Assembly (NCBI RefSeq): GCF_009914755.1
Contig: NC_060948.1
From: the human T2T-CHM13v2.0 reference genome, Homo sapiens
Reading direction: 5' to 3' (one strand)
DNA: 64,000 nt
Shown here in pieces: positions 1 through 14,500 of this stretch. The translations under genes and the position numbers were made by a program. The notes below the pieces were generated by a model that had not been told where the DNA came from, searched no databases, and saw nothing but the letters and a program-made list of their open reading frames with translations. How positions within the stretch are numbered: position 1 is the stretch's first letter; each line of letters starts with the position of its first letter.

Positions 1-1265
1 TGAATGGAGTAGATTGGATTGGATGGGATTGGAATGAAATGTACTGGAAAGGACTCGAATTTCATGAAACGGAATGGAATGAATTGGAACGGAATGGACT
101 CGAATGGAATGGAATGTCATGGAATGGCATCAAATGGAATGGCATCAAATGGAATAGAATCGAATGCAATGGAATGCTATGGAATGGAATGGAATGCATT
201 GGAATGGAATGTCCTCTAATGGAATGGATTCGAGTGGAATGGAATCGAATATAATGGAGTCGAATGAAATGGAATTGAAAGGAATGGGATCGAATACAAT
301 GGAATATACTGGAATGTAACGTAATGAACTCGAATGTAATTGACTGGAATGGAATGTACATGAATGGAATGTAATCGAATGGAAAGTAATCCAATGGAAT
401 AGAATCTAATGCAATAAAATCGACTCAGATAGAGTAGAATGTAATGGAATGGAGTGCAGTGCAATGGAATGGAATGGAATGGAATGCAATTGAATGGAAT
501 GGAATGGAATGGAATGGAATGGAATGGGATGGAATGGTATGGAATGGATAGTAATGGACTGGAGTGAAATGGACTGGAAAGGAATGGACTCAAATTGAAA
601 GGGCTCGAAAGGAATGGAGTCAAATGGAATGGTCTGGAATGGAATGAACACGAATGTAATGCAATCCAAAAGAATGGAATCGAATGGCATGGAATATAAA
701 GAAATGGAATCGGAGAGAATGGAAACAAATGGAATGGAATTGAATGGAATGGAATTGAATGGAATGGGAACGAATGGAGTGAAATTGTATGCAGTAGAAG
801 GGAATAGAATGGAATGCAAGCGAAAGGAAAGGAATGGATTGGAATGGAATGGAATTCATTGGAATGGAAGGGAATGTAGTGTAATGGACAGGCCTGGAAT
901 AAAGTGGAATGCTACGGTCTCGAATGGAATAAAAATGTATGGAATGGAATGCAATGAAATGGAATCGAATGTCATAGAATGTAATGGAATGCAACAAAAT
1001 GGAATCCAAAATCATTGGCTGGAAAGGCTGGGTGTCGAAAGGAATTGACTCCAATGGAATGGAATCGAATGGAATGGAAGTGAATAGAATCGAACTAAAT
1101 CGAATGGAATGGAATTGATAGGAACGGAATGGAAAGGAATGCAATGATTTGGCATGGAATGGAATCGAATGGCATCGAATGGAATGGAATGGAATGCAAT
1201 GGAATGGAATGTATTAGAATGTAATGAACTTTAATGGAATGTACTCGAATGGATTCGACTGGAAT

Positions 1266-1280
1266 GGAATGTTCTGGAAG
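1266..1280. promoter_or_regulatory. Heat-shock-element consensus match (nGAAn nTTCn nGAAn), recurring per DYZ1 unit
   Basis: gGAAt gTTCt gGAAg. Motif match only; function untested. Confidence 0.4.
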
Positions 1281-1545
1281 TGAATGGACTCCAATGGAAT
1301 AGATTCCAAAGGAATGGAATCGTACGGAATGGAATCTAATGGAATGGAATTAAATGGAAATGAATCAAATTGAATAGCACGGAATTGAATTGAATGGAAT
1401 GGAATGCAATGGAATCTAATGAAACGGAAAGGAAAGGAATGGAATGGAATGGAATGGGCTGGAATGGAAAGGAATCGAAACGAATGGAATGGAATCGAAC
1501 TGAAGAGACTGGAATGGAATGCACTGGAATGGAAGGGAGTGTAAT

Positions 1546-1560
1546 GGAAGGTTCTCGAAA
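1546..1560. promoter_or_regulatory. Heat-shock-element consensus match, recurring per DYZ1 unit
   Basis: gGAAg gTTCt cGAAa. Motif match only. Confidence 0.4.
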
Positions 1561-2571
1561 AAAATGGAATCGAATGGAATGGAATTGAATGGAACGGAAT
1601 AGAGTCGAATGGAATTGAATGGAATGGAATGGACTAGAGTGATATGGAATCGAACCACAAGGAATGGAGAGGAATAGAATGGTCTCGAATTGAATGGAAT
1701 CGTATGGAGTGGCATCAAACGGAATGGAATGGACAGCCACGGAATGGAATGCACTCGAATGCAATGGAGTCGAAACTAATGGACTGGAATAGAATGGACT
1801 CGACTGGTACGGACTCCAATGGAATGGAATCGAATGGAAGGGAATCGAACGGAATGGACTCGAAGGGAAAAGACTGCAATGGAAAGGTCTCGAATGGAAT
1901 GGAAATTAATGGAATGGAATGGAATCGAATGAAATGGAGTCAAAAGGAATGGAATCGAATGGCAACAAATCGAATGTAATGGAATCGCAAGGAATTGACG
2001 TGAAAGGAACGGAATGGAATGGAATCCAAAGGAATGGAATAGAATGGAATGGAATCGAATGGAAAGGACTCGAATGGAAATCACTCGAATAGAATGCAAT
2101 TTAATAAAATAGGATCAAATGTAATGGAATGGAATGGAAAGGAATCGAAACGAAAGGAATGGAGACAGATGGAATGGAATGGAACAGAGAGCAATGGTAT
2201 AGAATGGAATGGAATCATCTGGAATGGAATTGAATGGAATGGAATAATATGAAATGGAATGGAATGGAATGGAATGGAATGCCCTTGAATTAAATGGACT
2301 GGAATGGAATGGACTCGAACAGAGTGGAATGGAAAGTGTTGAGATAGAATGGAATGGACTCCTTTGGAATGGTGTAGTATGCAATGCAATCGACTGGCAG
2401 GGAATCAAAAGGAATGTAATGGAATGGACTGGACTGGAATGCAATGGACTCGAATAGATTGGAAACGGAATGCAAAGAAATGGAATGGAATAGTATGGAA
2501 TGGAATGGAAAGGAATGGAGTGGAATAGACTACAGTGGAATGGAATGGACTGGAAAGCAATGGACTGGAAT

Positions 2572-2586
2572 GGAACTTTCTTGAAT
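2572..2586. promoter_or_regulatory. Heat-shock-element consensus match, recurring per DYZ1 unit
   Basis: gGAAc tTTCt tGAAt. Motif match only. Confidence 0.4.
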
Positions 2587-5500
2587 GGACTGGAATCAAA
2601 CGGAATGGAATGCAATGCAATCAAATGGCATGGAATAAAATAGAATGAAAGAGAATCAAATGGAATTGAATCGAATGGAATCGAATGGATTGGAAAGGAA
2701 TAGAATGGAATGGAATGGAATGGACTCAAATGGAATGGACTAGAATGGAATGGATTCGAATGGAAGGCAAAGGAATGGAATCTATTGGAATGGACTGTAA
2801 TGGAATGGAATGGAAGGGATTGGAATGGACTCGAATGGAATGGACTGCAATAGAAAGGATTCGAATGGAATGAAAAAGAATTGAATGGAATAGAACAGAA
2901 TGGAATCAAATCGAATGAAATGGAATGGAATAGAAAGGAATGGAATGAAATGGAATGGAAAGGATTCGAATGGAATGCAATCGAATGGAATGGAATCGAA
3001 CGGAATGGAATAAAATGGAAGAAAACTGGCAAGAAATGGAATCGAAATGAATGGAGTGTTATGGAACGGACTCAAAAGGAATTGAATGTAATAGAATGGA
3101 GTGGAGTGGACTCGAATATAATGGACTGGAATGGAATGAAATCACATGGAATGGGAACGAATGGAATGGAATGGAAAGGAATGGAATCGAATGGAAAGGA
3201 ATCGAATGGAAGGGAATGAAATTGAATCAACAGGAATGGAAGGGAATAGAATAGACGGTAATGGAATGGACTCGAATAGAATGGACACGAATGCTCAAAT
3301 TGAATGGACTCGAATGGAATGGAAACGAAAGGAATGTCATCGAATGGAATTGAATCGATTGGAATGAAATCGCATAGAATGGAGTGGAATCAAATGGAAT
3401 TGAATCGAAAGGAAAGGAAGCGAATGGACTGAAATGAAATGGAATGGAATTGAATGGAAAGTAATGCAATGGAATAGAATGGAACGAAATTTCACGGAAC
3501 GGAATCAAACTGAATGGAATCAAATCAATGGAATCCACTCAAATGGAATGGAAAGGAATTGAATGGAGTAGATTGGATTGGATGGGATTGGAATGAAATG
3601 TACTGGAAAGGACTCGAATTTCATGAAACGGAATGGAATGAATTGGAACGGAATGGACTCGAATGGAATGGAATTTCATGGAATGGCATCAAATGGTATG
3701 GCATCAAATGGAATGGAATCGAATGCAATGGAATGCTATGGAATGGAATGGAATGCATTGGAATGGAATGTCCTCTAATGGAATGGATTCGTGTGGAATG
3801 GAATCGAATATAATGGAGTCGAATGAAATGGAATTGAAAGGAATGGGATCGAATACAATGGAATATACTGGAATGTAATGTAATGAACTCGAATGTAATT
3901 GACTGGAATGGAATGTACATGAATGGAATGTAATCGAATGGAAAGTAATCCAATGGAATAGAATCTAATGCAATAAAATCGACTCAGATAGAGTAGAATG
4001 TAATGGAATGGAGTGCAGTGCAATGGAATGGAATGGAATGGAATGCAATGGAATGGAATGGAATGGAATGGAATGGAATGGAATGGAATGGGATGGGATG
4101 GAATGGTATGGAATGGATAGTAATGGACTGGAGTGAAATGGACTGGAAAGGAATGGACTCAAATTGAAAGGGCTCGAAAGGAATGGAGTCAAATGGAATG
4201 GTCTGGAATGGAATGAACACGAATGTAATGCAATCCAATAGAATGGAATCGAATGGCATGGAATATAAAGAAATGGAATCGGAGAGAATGGAAACAAATG
4301 GAATGGAATTGAATGGAATGGAATTGAATGGAATGGGAACGAATGGAGTGAAATTGTATGCAGTAGAAGGGAATAGAATGGAATGCAAGCGAAAGGAAAG
4401 GAATGGATTGGAATGGAATGGAATTCATTGGAATGGAAGGGAATGTAGTGTAATGGACAGGCCTGGAATAAAGTGGAATGCTACGGTCTCGAATGGAATA
4501 ATAATGTATGGAATGGAATGCAATGAAATGGAATCGAATGTCATAGAATGTAATGGAATGCAAAAAATGGAATCCAAAATCATTGACTGGAAAGGCTGGG
4601 TGTCGAAAGGAATTGACTCCAATGGAATGGAATCGAATGGAATGGAAGTGAATAGAATCGAACTAAATCGAATGGAATGGAATTGATAGGAACGGAATGG
4701 AAAGGAATGCAATGATTTGGCATGGAATGGAATCGAATGGCATCGAATGGAATGGAATGGAATGCAATGGAATGGAATGTATTAGAATATAATGAACTTT
4801 AATGGAATGTACTCGAATGGATTCGACTGGAATGGAATGTTCTGGAAGTGAATGGACTCCAATGGAATGGATTCAAAAGGAATGGAATCGTACGGAATGG
4901 AATCTAATGGAATGGAATTAAATGGAAATGAATCAAATTGAATAGCATGGAATTGAATTGAATGGAATGGAATGCAATGGAATCTAATGAAACGGAAAGG
5001 AAAGGAATGGAATGGAATGGAATGGGCTGGAATGGAAAGGAATCGAAACGAATGGAATGGAATCGAACTGAAGAGACTGGAATGGACTGCACTGGAATGG
5101 AAGGGAGTGTAATGGAAGGTTCTCGAAAAAAATGGAATCGAATGGAATAGAATTGAATGGAACGGAATAGAGTCGAATGGAATTGAATGGAATGGAATGG
5201 ACTAGAGTGAAATGGAATCGAACCACAAGGAATGGAGAGGAATAGAATGGTCTCGAATTGAATGGAATCGTATGGAATGGCATCAAACGGAATGGAATGG
5301 ACAGCCACGGAATGGAATGCACTCGAATGCAATGGAGTCGAAACTAATGGACTGGAATAGAATGGACTCGACTGGTACGGACTCCAATGGAATGGAATCG
5401 AATGGAAGGGAATCGAACGGAATGGACTCGAAGGGAAAAGACTGCAATGGAAAGGTCTCGAATGGAATGGAAATTAATGGAATGGAATGGAATCGAATAA

Positions 5501-8500
5501 AATGGAGTCAAAAGGAATGGAATCGAATGGCAAGAAATCGAATGTAATGGAATCGCAAGGAATTGATGTGAACGGAACGGAATGGAATGGAATCCAAAGG
5601 AATGGAATAGAATGGAATGGAATCGAATGGAAAGGACTCGAATGGCAATCACTCGAATAGAATGCAATTTAATAAAATAGGATCAAATGTAATGGAATGG
5701 AATGGAAAGGAATCGAAACGAAAGGAATGGAGACAGATGGAATGGAATGGAACAGAGAGCAATGGTATAGAATGGAATGGAATCATCTGGAATGGAATTG
5801 AATGGAATGGAATAATATGAAATGGAATGGAATGGAATGGAATGGAATGCCCTTGAATTAAATGGACTGGAATGGAATGGACTCGAACACAGTGGAATGG
5901 AAAGTGTTGAGATAGAATGGAATGGACTCCTTTGGAATGGTGTAGTATGCAATGCAATCGACTGGCAGGGAATCAAAAGGAATGTAATCGAATGGATTGG
6001 ACTGGAATGCAATGGACTCGAATAGATTGGAAACGGAATGCAAAGGAATGGAATGGAATAGTATGGAATGGAATGGAAAGGAATGGAGTGGAATAGACTA
6101 GAGTGGAATGGAATGGACTGGAAAGCAATGGACTGGAATGGAACTTTCTTGAATGGACTGGAATCAAACGGAATGGAATGCAATGCAATCAAATGGCATG
6201 GAATAAAATAGAATGAAAGAGAATCAAATGGAATTGAATCGAATGGAATCGAATGGATTGGAAAGGAATAGAATGGAATGGAATGGAATTGACTCAAATG
6301 GAATGGACTAGAATGGAATGGATTCGAATGGAAGGCAAAGGAATGGAATCTATTGGAATGGACTGTAATGGAATGGAATGGAAGGGATTGGAATGGACTC
6401 GAATGGAATGGACTGCAATAGAAAGGATTCGAATGGAATGAAAAAGAATTGAATGGAATAGAACAGAATGGAATCAAATCGAATGAAATGGAATGGAATA
6501 GAAAGGAATGGAATGAAATGGAATGGAAAGGATTCGAATGGAATGCAATCGAATGGAATGGAATCGAACGGAATGGAATAAAATGGAAGAAAACTGGCAA
6601 GAAATGGAATCGAAATGAATGGAGTGTTATGGAACGGACTCAAAAGGAATTGAATGTAATAGAATGGAGTGGAGTGGACTCGAATATAATGGACTGGAAT
6701 GGAATGAAATCACATGGAATGGGAACGAATGGAATGGAATGGAAAGGAATGGAATCGAATGGAAAGGAATCGAATGGAAGGGAATGAAATTGAATCAACA
6801 GGAATGGAAGGGAATAGAATAGACGGTAATGGAATGGACTCGAATAGAATGGACACGAATGCTCAAATTGAATGGACTCGAATGGAATGGAAACGAAAGG
6901 AATGTCATCGAATGGAATTGAATCGATTGGAATGAAATCGCATAGAATGGAGTGGAATCAAATGGAATTGAATCGAAAGGAAAGGAAGCGAATGGACTGA
7001 AATGAAATGGAATGGAATTGAATGGAAAGTAATGCAATGGAATAGAATGGAACGAAATTTCACGGAATGGAATCAAACTGAATGGAATCAAATCAATGGA
7101 ATCTAATCAAATGGAATGGAAAGGAATTGAATGGAGTAGATTGGATTGGATGGGATTGGAATGAAATGTACTGGAAAGGACTCGAATTTCATGAAACGGA
7201 ATGGAATTAATTGGAACGGAACGGACTCGAATGGAATGGAATGTCATGGAATGGCATCAAATGGAATGGCATCAAATGGAATGGAATCGAATGCAATGGA
7301 ATGTTATGGAATGGAATGGAATGCATTGGAATGGAATGTCCTCTAATGGAATGGATTCGAGTGGAATGGAATCGAATATAATGGAGTCGAATGAAATGGA
7401 ATTGAAAGGAATGGGATCGAATAGAATGGAATATACTGGAATGTAATGTAATGAACTCGAATGTTATTGACTGGAATGGAATGTACATGAATGGAAGGTA
7501 ATCGAATGGAAAGTAATCCAATGGAATAGAATCTAATGCAATAAAATCGACTCAGATAGAGTAGAATGTAATGGAATGGAGTGCAGTGCAATGGAATGGA
7601 ATGGAATTGAATGCAATGGAATGGAATGGAATGGAATGGAATGGAATGGAATGGAATGGAATGGAATAGAATGGGATGGAATGGTATGGAATGGATAGTA
7701 ATGGACTGGAGTGAAATGGACTGGAAAGGAATGGACTCAAATTGAAAGGGCTCGAAAGGAATGGAGTCAAATGGAATGGTCTGGAATGGAATGAACACGA
7801 ATGTAATGCAATCCAATAGAATGGAATCGAATGGCATGGAATATAAAGAAATGGATTCGAAGAGAATGGAAACAAATGGTATGGAATTGAATGGAATGGA
7901 ATTGAATGGAATGGGAACGAATGGAGTGAAATTGTATGCAGTAGAAGGGAATAGAATGGAATGCAAGCGAAAGGAAAGGAATGGATTGGAATGGAATGGA
8001 ATTCATTGGAATGGAAGGGAATGTAGTGTAATGGACAGGCCTGGAATAAAGTGGAATGCTACGGTCTCGAATGGAATAAAAATGTATGGAATGGAATACA
8101 AAGAAACGGAATCGAATGTCATAGAATGTAATGGAATGCAACAAAATGGAATCCAAAATCATTGACTGGAAAGGCTGGGTGTCGAAAGGAATTGACTCCA
8201 ATGGAATGGAATCGAATGGAATGGAAGTGAATAGAATCGAACTAAATCGAATGGAATGGAATTGATAGGAACGGAATGGAAAGGAATGCAATGATTTGGC
8301 ATGGAATGGAATCGAATGGCATCGAATGGAATGGAATGGAATGCAATGGAATGGAATGTATTAGAATGTAATGAACTTTAATGGAATGTACTCGAATGGA
8401 TTCGACTGGAATGGAATGTTCTGGAAGTGAATGGACTCCAATGGAATGGATTCAAAAGGAATGGAATCGTACGGAATGGAATCTAATGGAATGGAATTAA

Positions 8501-11500
8501 ATGGAAATGAATCAAATTGAATAGCACGGAATTGAATTGAATGGAATGGAATGCAATGGAATCTGATGAAACGGAAAGGAAAGGAATGGAATGGAATGGA
8601 ATGGGCTGGAATGGAAAGGAATCGAAACGAATGGAATGGAATCGAACTGAAGAGACTGGAATGGAATGCACTGGAATGGAAGGGAGTGTAATGGAAGGTT
8701 CTCGAAAAAAATGGAATCGAATGGAATGGAATTGAATGGAACGGAATAGAGTCGAATGGAATTGAATGGAATGGAATGGACTAGAGTGAAATGGAATCGA
8801 ACCACAAGGAATGGAGAGGAATAGAATGGTCTCGAATTGAATGGAATCGTATGGAATGGCATCAAACGGAATGGAATGGACAGCCACGGAATGGAATGCA
8901 CTCGAATGCAATGGAGTCGAAACTAATGGACTGGAATAGAATGGACTCGACTGGTACGGACTCCAATGGAATGGAATCGAATGGAAGGGAATCGAACGGA
9001 ATGGACTCGAAGGGAAAAGACTGCAATGGAAAGGTCTCGAATGGAATGGAAATTAATGGAATGGAATGGAATGGAATGAAATGGAGTCAAAAGGAATGGA
9101 ATCGAATGGCAAGAAATCGAATGTAATGGAATCGCAAGGAATTGATGTGAACGGAACGGAATGGAATGGAATCCAAAGGAATGGAATAGAATGGAATGGA
9201 ATCGAATGGAAAGGACTCGAATGGAAATCACTCGAATAGAATGCAATTTAATAAAATAGGATCAAATGTAATGGAACGGAATGGAAAGGAATCGAAACGA
9301 AAGGAATGGAGACAGATGGAATGGAATAGAACAGAGAGCAATGGTATAGAATGGAATGGAATCATCTGGAATGGAATTGAATGGAATGGAATAATATGAA
9401 ATGGAATGGAATGGAATGGAATGGAATGGAATGCCCTTGAATTAAATGGACTGGAATGGAATGGACTCGAACAGAGTGGAATGGAAAGTGTTGAGATAGA
9501 ATGGAATGGACTCCTTTGGAATGGTGTATTATGCAATGCAATCGACTGGCAGGGAATCAAAAGGAATGTAATCGAATGGATTGGACTGGAATGCAATGGA
9601 CTCGAATAGATTGGAAACGGAATGCAAAGGAATGGAATGGAATAGTATGGAATGGAATGGAAAGGAATGTAGTGTAATAGACTAGAGTGGAATGGAATGG
9701 ACTGGAAAGCAATGGACTGGAATGGAACTTTCTTGAATGGACTGGAATCAAACGGAATGGAATGCAATGCAATCAAATGGCATGGAATAAAATAGAATGA
9801 AAGAGAATCAAATGGAATTGAATCGAATGGAATCGAATGGATTGGAAAGGAATAGAATGGAATGGAATGGAATGGACTCAAATGGAACGGACTAGAAAGG
9901 AATGGATTCGAATGGAAGGCAAAGGAATGGAATCTATTGGAATGGACTGTAATGGAATGGAATGGAAGGGATTGGAATGGACTCGAATGGAATGGACTGC
10001 AATAGAAAGGATTCCAATGGAATGAAAAAGAATTGAATGGAATAGAACAAAATGGAATCATATCGAATGAAATGGAACGGAATAGAAAGGAATGGAATGA
10101 AATGGAATGGAAAGGATTCGAATGGAATGCAATCGAATGGAATGGAATCGAACGGAATGGAATAAAATGGAAGAAAACTGGCAAGAAATGGAATCGAAAT
10201 GAATGGAGTGTTATGGAACGGACTCAAAAGGAATTGAATGTAATAGAATGGAGTGGAGTGGACTCGAATATAATGGACTGGAATGGAATGAAATCACATG
10301 GAATGGGAACGAATGGAATGGAATGGAAAGGAATGGAATCGAATGGAAAGGAATCGAATGGAAGGGAATGAAATTGAATCAACAGGAATGGAAGGGAATA
10401 GAATAGACGGTAATGGAATGGACTCGAATAGAATGGACACGAATGCTCAAATTGAATGGACTCGAATGGAATGGAAACGAAAGGAATGTCATCGAATGGA
10501 ATTGAATCGATTGGAATGAAATCGCATAGAATGGAGTGGAATCAAATGGAATTGAATCGAAAGGAAAGGAAGCGAATGGACTGAAATGAAATGGAATGGA
10601 ATTGAATGGAAAGTAATGCAATGGAATAGAATGGAACGAAATTTCACGGAATGGAATCAAACTGAATGGAATCAAATCAATGGAATCAAATCAAATGGAA
10701 TGGAAAGGAATTGAATGGAGTAGATGGGATTGGATGGGATTGGAATGAAATGTACTGGAAAGGACTCGAATTTCATGAAACGGAATGGAATGAATTGGAA
10801 CGGAATGGACTCGAATGGAATGGAATGTCATGGAATGGCATCAAATGGAATGGCATCAAATGGAATGGAATCGAATGCAATGGAATGCTATGGAATGGAA
10901 TGGAATGCATTGGAATGGAATGTCCTCTAATGGAATGGATTCGAGTGGAATGGAATCGAATATAATGGAGTCGAATGAAATGGAATTGAAAGGAATGGGA
11001 TCGAATACAATGGAATATACTGGAATGTAATGTAATGAACTCGAATGTAATTGACTGGAATGGAATGTACATGAATGGAATGTAATCGAATGGAAAGTAA
11101 TCCAATGGAATAGAATCTAATGCAATAAAATCGACTCAGATAGAGTAGAATGTAATGGAATGGAGTGCAGTGCAATGGAATGGAATGGAATGGAATGCAA
11201 TGGAATGGAATGGAATGGAATGGGATGGAATGGTATGGAATGGATAGTAATGGACTGGAGTGAAATAGACTGGAAAGGAATGGACTCAAATTGAAAGGGC
11301 TCGAAAGGAATGGAGTCAAATGGAATGGTCTGGAATGGAATGAACACGAATGTAATGCAATCCAATAGAATGGAATCGAATGGCATGGAATATAAAGAAA
11401 TGGAATCGGAGAGAATGGAAACAAATGGAATGGAATTGAATGGAATGGAATTGAATGGAATGGGAACGAATGGAGTGAAATTGTATGCAGTGGAAGGGAA

Positions 11501-14500
11501 TAGAATGGAATGCAAGTGAAAGGAAAGGAATGGATTGGAATGGAATGGAATTCATTGGAATGGAAGGGAATGTAGTGTAATGGACAGGCCTGGAATAAAG
11601 TGGAATGCTACGGTCTCGAATGGAATAAAAATGTATGGAATGGAATGCAATGAAATGGAATCGAATGTCATAGAATGTAATGGAATGCAACAAAATGGAA
11701 TCCAAAATCATTGACTGGAAAGGCTGGGTGTCGAAAGGAATTGACTCCAATGGAATGGAATCGAATGGAATGGAAGTGAATAGAATCGAACTAAATCGAA
11801 TGGAATGGAATTGATAGGAACGGAATGGAAAGGAATGCAATGATTTGGCATGGTATGGAATCGAATGGCATCGAATGGAATGGAATGGAATGCAATGGAA
11901 TGGAATGTATTAGAATGTAATGAACTTTAATGGAATGTACTCGAATGGATTCGACTGGAATGGAATGTTCTGGAAGTGAATGGACTCCAATGGAATGGAT
12001 TCCAAAGGAATGGAATCGTACGGAATGGAATCTAATGGAATGGAATTAAATGGAAATGAATCAAATTGAATAGCACGGAATTGAATTGAATGGAATGGAA
12101 TGCAATGGAATCTAATGAAACGGAAAGGAAAGGAATGGAATGGAATGGAATGGGCTGGAATGGAAAGGAATCGAAACGAATGGAATGGAATCGAACTGAA
12201 GAGACTGGAATGGAATGCACTGGAATGGAAGGGAGTGTAATGGAAGGTTCTCGAAAAAAATGGAATCGAATGGAATGGAATTGAATGGAACGGAATAGAG
12301 TCGAATGGAATTGAATGGAATGGAATGGACTAGAGTGAAATGGAATCGAACCACAAGGAATGGACAGGAATAGAATGGTCTCGAATTGAATGGAATCGTA
12401 TGGAATGGCATCAAACGGAATGGAATGGACAGCCACGGAATGGAATGCACTCGAATGCAATGGAGTCGAAACTAATGGACTGGAATAGAATGGACTCGAC
12501 TGGTACGGACTCCAATGGAATGGAATCGAATGGAAGGGAATCGAACGGAATGGACTCGAAGGGAAAAGACTGCAATGGAAAGGTCTGGAATGGAATGGAA
12601 ATTAATGGAATGGAATGAAATCGAATGAAATGGAGTCAAAAGGAATGGAATCGAATGGCAAGAAATCGAATGTAATGGAATCGCAAGGAATTGATGTGAA
12701 CGGAACGGAATGGAATGGAATCCAAAGGAATGGAATAGAATGGAATGGAATCGAATGGAAAGGACTCGAATGGAAATCACTCGAATAGAATGCAATTCAA
12801 TAAAATAGGATCAAATGTAATGGAATGGAATGGAAAGGAATCGAAACGAAAGGAATGGAGACAGATGGAATGGAATGGAACAGAGAGCAATGGTATAGAA
12901 TGGAATGGAATCATCTGGAATGGAATTGAATGGAATGGAATAATATGAAATGGAATGGAATGGAATGGAATGGAATGCCCTTGAATTAAATGGACTGGAA
13001 TGGAATGGACTCGAACAGAGTGGAATGGAAAGTGTTGAGATAGAATGGAATGGACTCCTTTGGAATGGTGTAGTATGCAATGCAATCGACTGGCAGGGAA
13101 TCAAAAGGAATGTAATGGAATGGACTGGACTGGAATGCAATGGACTCGAATAGATTGGAAACGGAATGCAAAGGAATGGAATGGAATAGTATGGAATGGA
13201 ATGGAAAGGAATGGAGTGGAATAGACTAGAGTGGAATGGAATGGACTGGAAAGCAATGGACTGGAATGGAACTTTCTTGAATGGACTGGAATCAAACGGA
13301 ATGGAATGCAATGCAATCAAATGGCATGGAATAAAATAGAATGAAAGAGAAACAAATGGAATTGAATCGAATGGAATCGAATGGATTGGAAAGGAATAGA
13401 ATGGAATGGAATGGAATGGACTCAAATGGAATGGACTAGAATGGAATGGATTCGAATGGAAGGCAAAGGAATGGAATCTATTGGAATGGACTGTAATGGA
13501 ATGGAATGGAAGGGATTGGAATGGACTCGAATGGAATGGACTGCAATAGAAAGGATTCGAATGGAATGAAAAAGAATTGAATGGAATAGAACAGAATGGA
13601 ATCAAATCGAATGAAATGGAATGGAATAGAAAGGAATGGAATGAAATGGAATGGAAAGGATTCGAATGGAATGCAATCGAATGGAATGGAATCGAACGGA
13701 ATGGAATAAAATGGAAGAAAACTGGCAAGAAATGGAATCGAAATGAATGGAGTGTTATGGAACGGACTCAAAAGGAATTGAATGTAATAGAATGGAGTGG
13801 AGTGGACTCGAATATAATGGACTGGAATGGAATGAAATCACATGGAATGGGAACGAATGGAATGGAATGGAAAGGAATGGAATCGAATGGAAAGGAATCG
13901 AATGGAAGGGAATGAAATTGAATCAACAGGAATGGAAGGGAATAGAATAGACGGTAATGGAATGGACTCGAATAGAATGGACACGAATGCTCAAATTGAA
14001 TGGACTCGAATGGAATGGAAACGAAAGGAATGTCATCGAATGGAATTGAATCGATTGGAATGAAATCGCATAGAATGGAGTGGAATCAAATGGAATTGAA
14101 TCGAAAGGAAAGGAAGCGAATGGACTGAAATGAAATGGAATGGAATTGAATGGAAAGTAATGCAATGGAATAGAATGGAACGAAATTTCACGGAATGGAA
14201 TCAAACTGAATGAAATCAAATCAATGGAATCAAATCAAATGGAATGGAAAGGAATTGAATGGAGTAGATTGGATTGGATGGGATTGGAATGAAATGTACT
14301 GGAAAGGACTCGAATTTCATGAAACGGAATGGAATGAATTGGAACGGAATGGACTCGAATGGAATGGAATGTCATGGAATGGCATCAAATGGAATGGCAT
14401 CAAATGGAATGGAATCGAATGCAATGGAATGCTATGGAATGGAATGGAATGCATTGGAATGGAATGTCCTCTAATGGAATGGATTCGAGTGGAATGGAAT

